From contig NC_068981.1 in assembly GCF_001194135.2 (NCBI RefSeq), forward strand, positions 157,084,979 through 157,148,978: DNA of 64,000 bases. The letters are read 5' to 3'. The position numbers were made by a program, and so were the translations under genes. Positions within the stretch are counted from its first letter, which is position 1. Every line of letters begins with the position of its first letter. Shown in pieces: positions 58,701 to 64,000 of the stretch. The notes under the pieces were generated by a model, which saw nothing but the letters and a program-made list of their open reading frames with translations, did no database searches and had not been told where the DNA came from. Source of the stretch: Octopus bimaculoides (taxonomy: Eukaryota).

Positions 58701-61539
58701 TTAATCTATGCTAGAAAAAAATGGACATAAAAATGAATGAAAAAGAGACAGGGCAGGAAAGGTTCGAAGAAGTCATAGGATGTAAAGGATATTCCAGGTA
58801 TGCTGTGGAAGGAGAGAAGTTGAAAGTAAGAGATTTATCAATGATCAGCATTGAGAAGATCAAATGTGCAAAATGTACAAATCATGATTTCATTGGGAAA
58901 AAGTATGTATATGGAATGATAGTAGCACACTTGCCCTCACTGACATCAAGAACAAAGAAACATAAAAATATTACTATGAGAAGTTGCTGAATGGGAAAAA
59001 TGTGTGGGAGAGACACAGAGCATGGGAACACATTAAGTTGATAGATTTTGTCTGCCATGAAGAATGTCCTATTATTGTTGCTTGGCAAGAAAGTGAAGAC
59101 AATTTTTCTGTCTTACAGCAAAATAACTGTTGGTTAACCCTAGGTCAATGCTGAAGAAAAATCACCATGATCTAAGGCATTCCAATTACAATCATCCACT
59201 TGTTTTTTTTTTCCAAGACAATATTCTCATTTTTTTTAAGGTGGTTGATGAGGAAACCACAGTCTCTCATTGGCTGTTGTTGTTGTTGTTGTTGTTTGGG
59301 TTCAGGTTAGCCATGAACAGATCTATAATCAAAAGCATTCAAGCTCTGACCATCCTGTCAGGCTTCCACACATATCCTGTTATTCAGATTTCAGCTTTAA
59401 ATGACTTGAAGTTATGATAGATGTTTACTCCAGGGAGTGAGATGATTGATTGGGTGTGGCTGTTTAGACACTGAGGATCTAGCACAACTGACTGGACATT
59501 CAACTTGTTTTGGTGACAAGTGCTTTTTGGCAAAAGAGGCAAAAAGCCTCTCTACACACACACACTATCTCTCTCTCTCATGTACAGAAATATACATAGA
59601 GAGGGAGAGAGAGAGAGAGAGAGAAGGAGAGGGACATTACACATGCATACAAACATAATTAGAAATAGTAATGATAATGATAGACAAATTATCAGCCCCA
59701 ATGTTGAGAATTCAAATGCTGCTGAGTTGAACTTTGTTAATCATCTTTTCAAGGTCAATAAAGTAAGTATTTATAATTAAACTGGAATCACTTTAATTGA
59801 CACTACTTCATCATCATCGTCATTTAACATTCGCCTTCCATGCTGGCATGGGTGGGACGTGTCTCTTACAGATTTCAGACTTTGAACAGAATAGCTGTAG
59901 ATTTATAGTTGATGAAACATGTACCAATGTGGTTTATTCTAAGTCTTGCCTCACACAAATATCTGTCTTGTGCATTGAACAAATAAATCTTTAGGTTTAT
60001 TGTATTATTGTTAAAGCAAAGTATTCAGTAAAGCTCAAGGGTTATATCAACTTAAGTTGTTTAGCCCCAGGTCGGCCTTAACTGAGCAGGTCTATAATCA
60101 AAGGTGTTCCAGCGATAACCTTTATTTTATTCAGACAGTGCATTCAGTGTCACATTATTCAGTACAACCAAACCCAATGAAAAACTTGAATGAAATATAT
60201 TCAAGTGACGACAGAAATGCTATAGGCATGACTTGATTGTAGATGTAATAGTTATATACACACAAGGTTTAAACCCAGGCGAGCGATGATCAAGCAAATC
60301 TATGATGAGATACATTACAGTTGTGACCATCCCATCTCCTTGTTTGAGCAGGGAACTGAGTACGACCACCATGTACTTTTCTAAGCCAGTAAAGGGTGAT
60401 TTTCTGGAATTTGGTTGCTATTGTTAGCAGATCAATCAACCACGGAGAGAATTCTTTGTTGACTCCTCCAGGTATACAATAGAGCATTGGCTACATACAA
60501 CGATTACTTAGCTGACTGGATATCTGTTGAATGTTTGTGTTATACAACGATAATCGATATTTCTGTTTTTATACGCTTATTTAAACAAAGAAAGTCAATA
60601 ATTAGGTTTTATGACAAGTGCGCTGAAGTCAAAAACACTGAGAAGGCTCTACGTACATTGTGTCTTCTTTTATAATTCATTTCACAGCTATGATTTTTAA
60701 GGAATAACTTTGTGAAATTTTCTTTTAAATCGTAAGACTTTGACAGAGGACAACTTTGTTCGTGTTTCGAGGGACGCTGTATGGCTACTTATCAAATATG
60801 TTATTCAGCCCCAGGGCAGCACCGATCAAAAGTATTCAAGACATAACAATCCCGTCTATTTTGAGGATTACATCTGTCAAGGTGTCCTTCCATTTTTAAG
60901 AGAGCAGAGAGTGATATTGCTTCTATTTCTAGCAGGCGATTATTGAATATGCACATCGACTATTTGCCCACACACGTTAAAGAGAAACAACAGAAAGGAA
61001 AATAAAAGTACCAAGCATCGTATAAACGACGATCAAGGGAAGGACAATATAAAGCATTATTAATCAAGTCTAACACAAATTACTTAATAAATAAAGTGAA
61101 TCATCAATTTCCCAAGTTGTACGATCCAGGAAAATCAATGTTTTTAAGAACTAAAATACTTTAGGAAAAAAACGCATGAAAAATATATATCCTGCATATT
61201 TTGGACAAAAGATATTCTATATCTGTTAATTATTTAATATACAAATTAAAAAGAAAATTTCATCACTTATTTAGTTAGGGTCGTACCTTCGATAGAAAAA
61301 AAAAATGATGCCACGTTAATTGAAGTCCTATACACGAAAAGTCATAGAGTTTAATTAATAAGTAGTTAAAATAAACAATCCAGTAGTAAACTATAAATGT
61401 ACTAATTAAATGTTAATGTTGACGGGAAGAGAATAGCCATCAAATACGAAAAGAAAAGAAAAAAACAAAAAATACATTACCCTTCTACTGTTTCGACAAC
61501 ACGGTGAATGGCAATGAAAATTAAAAATATTTGATACAT
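30753..61539 (-). CDS. NAGPA: N-acetylglucosamine-1-phosphodiester alpha-N-acetylglucosaminidase (uncovering enzyme), whole gene span, 11 coding exons, 1749 nt CDS = 582 aa
   Basis: Join of 61481-61539, 51587-52005, 49080-49173, 47751-47884, 42237-42345, 41142-41270, 39421-39620, 34868-35044, 32530-32655, 31762-31831, 30753-30984. All introns are GT-AG, phases are compatible and the frame is open to TAA. Motifs DLLLPY, LSVLEP, NAGFF..GECVGN, SARNAVGHD, NAINLDGGGS and RCPREVSTILCVHEP match my recollection of human NAGPA colinearly. Confidence 0.95.
31762..31831 (-). CDS. NAGPA: NAGPA exon 10 (juxtamembrane stalk)
   Basis: aattatag|CC AGT ... TAC AG|gtaact; encodes ASNCLAQKIIQHKHLIVDRTKEYR. 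It is the only phase 1->2 exon I found that bridges exons 9 and 11. Confidence 0.8.
32530..32655 (-). CDS. NAGPA: NAGPA exon 9 (EGF-like repeat and stalk)
   Basis: catttatag|GC TGT ... CAA G|gtgaat; encodes GCPFGFYGDQCKHVCMCPAACGCDHITGRCIISSAYSKHIFQ. Confidence 0.92.
34868..35044 (-). CDS. NAGPA: NAGPA exon 8 (EGF-like repeats)
   Basis: cattattag|CT GGT ... GAA G|gtaact; encodes [27 protein letters not shown]...CTCPPGFVGEFCQE. Confidence 0.93.
36743..38229. repeat. Long imperfect inverted repeats (~310 and ~270 bp) enclosing the Penelope fragment
   Basis: 36743-37053 is the reverse complement of 37957-38229, e.g. tggtttctataaagacta / tagtctttatagaaacca and ctcgcatagacttaagtaactgaaa / tttcagttacttaagtctatgcgag. 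Confidence 0.85.
37190..37510 (+). mobile_element. Penelope-like element GIY-YIG endonuclease C-terminal fragment
   Basis: NNHFSSFR..NCTSLSSKVWELKE..CSLKWDLIWRAQPY....CELC..EIFKY..NNLINNR matches the typical PLE endonuclease C-terminus (recalled). Confidence 0.75.
38270..38333. repeat. (TA)n microsatellite
   Basis: Direct reading; similar tracts near 9767, 28582 and 36973. Confidence 0.95.
39421..39620 (-). CDS. NAGPA: NAGPA exon 7 (EGF-like repeats)
   Basis: tttatttag|T AGT ... GAA G|gtacgt; encodes SDKKFRCPREVSTILCVHEPLCDPTDCNGHGQC...CSEHGKCTE. Confidence 0.95.
41142..41270 (-). CDS. NAGPA: NAGPA exon 6 (NLDGGGS motif)
   Basis: gtttacag|C ATC ... ATG TG|gtaagt; encodes INLYELADLMKDLGAVNAINLDGGGSVTLVMNGTLVNNPSDMC. 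Confidence 0.95.
42237..42345 (-). CDS. NAGPA: NAGPA exon 5
   Basis: tattag|GT AAT ... CAT GG|gtaatt; encodes NIQRFVSVISARNAVGHDKEGRVIMVQVDGETGKHG. Confidence 0.93.
43246..45696 (+). mobile_element. Full-length, inactivated Tigger/pogo (Tc1-mariner superfamily) DNA transposon in NAGPA intron 4
   Basis: 25-bp TIRs (CAGGTACACAATCCTTTATCTGGAA at 43246-43270; its near-perfect inverse at 45672-45696, 24/25) and TA target-site duplication on both sides. Frameshifted CENP-B-type HTH and DDE transposase pieces in ORFs 43530, 43849, 44086, 44714 and 45021. Confidence 0.93.
46400..46838 (-). mobile_element. Two tandem copies of SINE family A
   Basis: Two consecutive ~205-bp copies in the same orientation. 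Confidence 0.8.
47751..47884 (-). CDS. NAGPA: NAGPA exon 4
   Basis: ttcttcag|G TAT ... AGT G|gtaagt; encodes YLSEIDIVAKDFIQLVGGVIWLIRDGNVYVDESAKLECSESQES. Confidence 0.95.
49080..49173 (-). CDS. NAGPA: NAGPA exon 3
   Basis: tttacag|GT AAT GTT ... TTT GG|gtaagg; encodes GNVVSNAHLVKDSGGIQNVHFGITKDGMLYFG. Confidence 0.93.
51587..52005 (-). CDS. NAGPA: NAGPA exon 2 (propeptide and N-terminal catalytic region)
   Basis: Acceptor tttccctgtag|A, donor GTAG|gtaata. Encodes LDVNGMDLLLPY...LSVLEP...NAGFFNTHTGECV (within ORF 51375..52067). Confidence 0.95.
54789..54861 (-). pseudogene. Degenerate tRNA-like sequence (possible tRNA-Met(CAT) pseudogene or isolated SINE head)
   Basis: 73 nt with a D-stem GCTT/AAGC, anticodon loop CACATTA, T-loop TTTGAGT and an imperfect acceptor stem. 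Several invariant positions are mutated. Confidence 0.35.
54951..55058. repeat. Near-perfect inverted repeat, 51-bp arms, A6 spacer
   Basis: 54951-55001 versus 55008-55058, one mismatch. Confidence 0.95.
55175..57518 (+). mobile_element. Degenerate RTE LINE (RT domain to 3' tail) in NAGPA intron 1, interrupted by two younger insertions
   Basis: RT pieces (FVPDRSTTDAIFLVRQLQEK, YLAFVDMEKAFDR, HQGSVLSP, YADDL, LHGSETWA) and a (GAT)n tail at about 57505. Insertions at 55512-56025 and about 56445-56620. Confidence 0.9.
55512..56025. mobile_element. Head-to-head (fold-back) dimer of a tRNA-headed SINE-like element with 13-bp TSD
   Basis: Arms are reverse complements centred near 55799. Each has A/B-box-like tggcgtagtagttaagag / gagtttgattcc. 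The target tgcaggagaaata is duplicated on both flanks within the RTE. Confidence 0.8.
58123..58260. repeat. Perfect palindrome, 67-bp arms, 4-nt spacer
   Basis: 58123-58189 is the exact reverse complement of 58194-58260. Confidence 0.95.
58377..58595. mobile_element. piggyBac-type MITE (TTAA target), second copy
   Basis: TTAA|CCCTTTAGCATT ... AACGCTAAAGG|TTAA; internally similar to 9960-10192. Confidence 0.8.
58700..59085 (+). mobile_element. Highly degenerate RTE LINE linker fragment
   Basis: YYEKLLNGKNVWER resembles HYEKLLNVENEWEK of the RTE copy at 389-874. Confidence 0.55.
60290..60480 (-). mobile_element. LINE RT N-terminal remnant
   Basis: PWLIDLLTIATKFQKI and the following sequence resemble the pre-RT region of non-LTR elements; weak. 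Confidence 0.4.
61481..61539 (-). CDS. NAGPA: NAGPA coding exon 1 (signal peptide MYQIFLIFIAIHRVVETVEG)
   Basis: ATG at 61539 with an in-frame TGA upstream. Hydrophobic core, donor GG|gtaatg, phase 2 joining exon 2 to give VEG-LDVNG (human G-LDSG, recalled). Lies just downstream of a TATA/E-box cluster. Confidence 0.8.
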
Positions 61540-61624
61540 ATCTTGTGGACGTCATGGATATTTACAATGTTTACACGAATAAAAACACAGAGACTACTTG
61601 ACAGGAATATCAACACATGACAAT

Positions 61625-61860
61625 TGCCTGAATGTGCGTGCGCGCTTAAGGGTATTTATACCCGAGTTATTGGCTCGTTGGCAACATTGTTCACGTGATA
61701 TAAACTCAAGAGTTATTCCCCTTCTCAAAGATTCTTCCCATTTTTTTTTAACACAAAAGGTGAACGTCTTCTATCTTGCTATATGTCCTTCTCTGCATAA
61801 AAAAAGAATACATTGACTCGAACACGTGTAACATGTGAAATTGACATATCACTTGACGTC
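61625..61860 (-). promoter_or_regulatory. Putative NAGPA core/proximal promoter
   Basis: Minus-strand TATAAATA at 61653-61660, CCAAT at 61669-61673, TCACGTGA at 61691-61698, CACGTG at 61823-61828, CATGTG at 61832-61837 and TGACGTC at 61854-61860. The region is CpG-retaining and 90-320 bp upstream of the ATG. Confidence 0.6.
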
Positions 61861-62504
61861 GTGAAAATTGTTATAGATTTCAATTCACCACATCAGGTTT
61901 ACATAAATTCCTAAACTTTTGGATCATACTACTCGACACTCCATGGGGGCTAATCCGTTTGCACTCTGAAATGATCAGACTTAGACATGTCAGCGTATCC
62001 TGTTCCCACTTATCACGCAAATGCGGCTGATCAACAACTTTTTTTTACAGAGAAAGAAGCTTGCTTCTCAATCATATCATCTCGGGTTCAATCCCGCTGT
62101 ACAATACACTGGGCAGGTATCCTCTGCTATAGACACTAGGCTGACTAAAGTCTTGTGAATAGAAAGAAGCCGGTCCTATATATGTATACATTTATGTGTG
62201 TGTATTTGTGTTTGTTCACCCACCACCGCATGGTAATCGGTACTGGTTTTTTCACGTCCTTGTAACTGAGCGGTTCGACAAGAGGACCGGAAAGAATAAG
62301 GACCCGACTTTAAAAATAAGTACTGGGATCGATTTGCTAGACTAAAGCCTTCAAGACTGTGCTCCAGTATGGCCGCAGTCCAATGACTGAAACAAATAAA
62401 AGGTAAAAGGTAAAATATACTTTTGCGAGAGAGGTCAACAAACTACTTTCTTTTTTAAACCGAAAGATTTCTTAGTTTTAAAGCAAAATCAATACATCAT
62501 CCTA

Positions 62505-62912
62505 GGCGGAGGCGCGGCTGTGTGGTAAGAAGCTCGCTTCCCAACCACATAGTTTCCGGTTCAGTTCACTGCATGGCACCTTGGTTAAGTGTTTTCTACT
62601 ATAGCCCCGTGCCAACCAAAGCCTTGTGGATCGATTTGGTAGACGGAAACTGAAAGAAGCCCGTCGTATAAATGTATATATTTGTGTGTGTGTGTATGTG
62701 TGTATCTTTGAGCTTATCCTCCCACCACTGCTTGACAACCGGTACTGGTGTGTTTACGTTCCCGTGACTTAGCGGTTCGGCATAAGAGACTGATAGAATA
62801 AGTACTAGGCTTTAAAAAATAAATCCTGGGGTCGATGCATTTGACTAAAAATCCTTCAAGGCGGAGCCCCAGCATGACCGCAGTCTGATAACTGAAACAA
62901 GTAAAAGATATA
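62505..62912 (+). mobile_element. tRNA-derived SINE family B (representative, well-preserved copy)
   Basis: ggctgtgtggtaagaagc...ggttcagt...gatttggtagacggaaactgaaagaagcc, a (TG)n middle, and a tail ending gactgaaacaagtaaaag. Other copies at about 15195-15572, 19478-19654, 62060-62400, 63230-63520(-), 57650-58053(-) and 50450-50960(-). Confidence 0.85.
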
Positions 62913-64000
62913 AAACATCTACCTTTTTTCTCATTAGCTCCTTTTGCCAATGACTCACTTGCCATCACATAAACGTTACGATTAACTACAAAGTATCCTT
63001 TAAAAATTAGTGCACCGTTAAAGTAGAGTGCTTTTTGGGACATTTTTTATACTAAAATCTCATCTGCACTGTGAAAGTTTAAATTATTCAACTCTACCAA
63101 TTGTTAAATCAAGATACATTTGTCTTACGTTTAATCTGTCTGAAACAGCAAATAAATAAATATATAAATAAATCTTCTTTTTTTTTTACCCGTTTCAGTC
63201 ACTGGACTGCAGCTATGCTGGGCACCCTTATTTGAAGGGGTTTAGTCAACCAAACCGACCCCAATACTTATTTTAAGCCTGGTGCTTATTACATTAGTTT
63301 TTAGGTCGAACCGATAAGTTACGGAGGCATAAACAAACCAACACCAGTTGCCAAGCACGCACACATACAACAAGTTTGTTTCAGTTTGGGTCTGCCAAAT
63401 ACACACACAAGACTTAGGTCGGTCCAAGGCTATAGTAGAAGACACTTAGACAAGTTGCAGTGTTACTGAACTCAAGACAACATGGATGAGAAGCAAGCTT
63501 CTCAACCACATAGCTCCTCCCTTCGCCTATAAACGAATAAATTGTTTCAACATTTTTGGCACAAGGCTAGCAGTTTTAGAGGAAAAGAGTTAGTCGGTTG
63601 CTTCGATCCTAATACTTGATCGGTACTTTATTTCATCGACCCCGAAAGGCTGAGAGGCAAAGTTGATCCAGGCAGTACTGGAACTCAAGACTTAAAGATC
63701 TGGGAAAAAGGCCGCTAAGCAGTTTTGTCCGACTGTGCGAGCTCACCGCCTTAAATGAATGAATAAATAAATAAAAGCACGGCGACGTATTTCTCTTTCG
63801 CATGCCCACTTTCAATAACTATCTTATACTATTCAGAAACACAATGGTTCACGAAGAAAAGTATTATGAATATGTTAGAGTGACTTTAAAAGCCATAAAA
63901 AGAAGCCCCTTCTTCCATAATATGTAGGTGGGAATTGTGGTTTCACTGAATGCAATCTTATCAACCTCGGACAATTTTGTTTTTCTCTTCTGCTTGAATA

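Noticed and set aside
60975-61060. Short hydrophobic minus-strand ORF resembling a signal peptide
   Set aside because: Ends in a stop with no usable donor; AT-rich sequence readily gives hydrophobic peptides

Overview
Eukaryotic, AT-rich, repeat-dense genomic DNA with five N-gaps. The SINE/LINE families and the mollusc-like proteins suggest a cephalopod, most likely Octopus (inference, not verified). I assembled two complete spliced genes by hand from splice sites and reading phase, both on the minus strand in tandem. (1) NAGPA, the lysosomal 'uncovering enzyme': 11 coding exons, 61539->30753, 582 aa, with signal peptide, furin-type propeptide, phosphodiester-glycosidase domain, EGF repeats, TM helix and tail. 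(2) A FAM89-family (LURAP-domain) adaptor: 3 coding exons, 23951->3865, 197 aa. The rest is introns and intergenic DNA filled with RTE, CR1 and Penelope retroelement fragments, tRNA-derived SINEs, a full-length but dead Tigger/pogo transposon, mariner- and piggyBac-type MITEs, and microsatellites. I found no prokaryotic system or CRISPR array and cannot support a wholly new biological system. The best second-look items are a strand-asymmetric pri-miRNA-like hairpin in NAGPA intron 10, a compact TCACGTGA/CCAAT/TATA promoter with an overlapping uORF, a NAGPA tail with different sorting signals from the human protein, a cluster of fold-back palindromes, and a Tigger element resembling mammalian Tigger4. 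Comparisons to human proteins and named repeats are from memory, not from searches.
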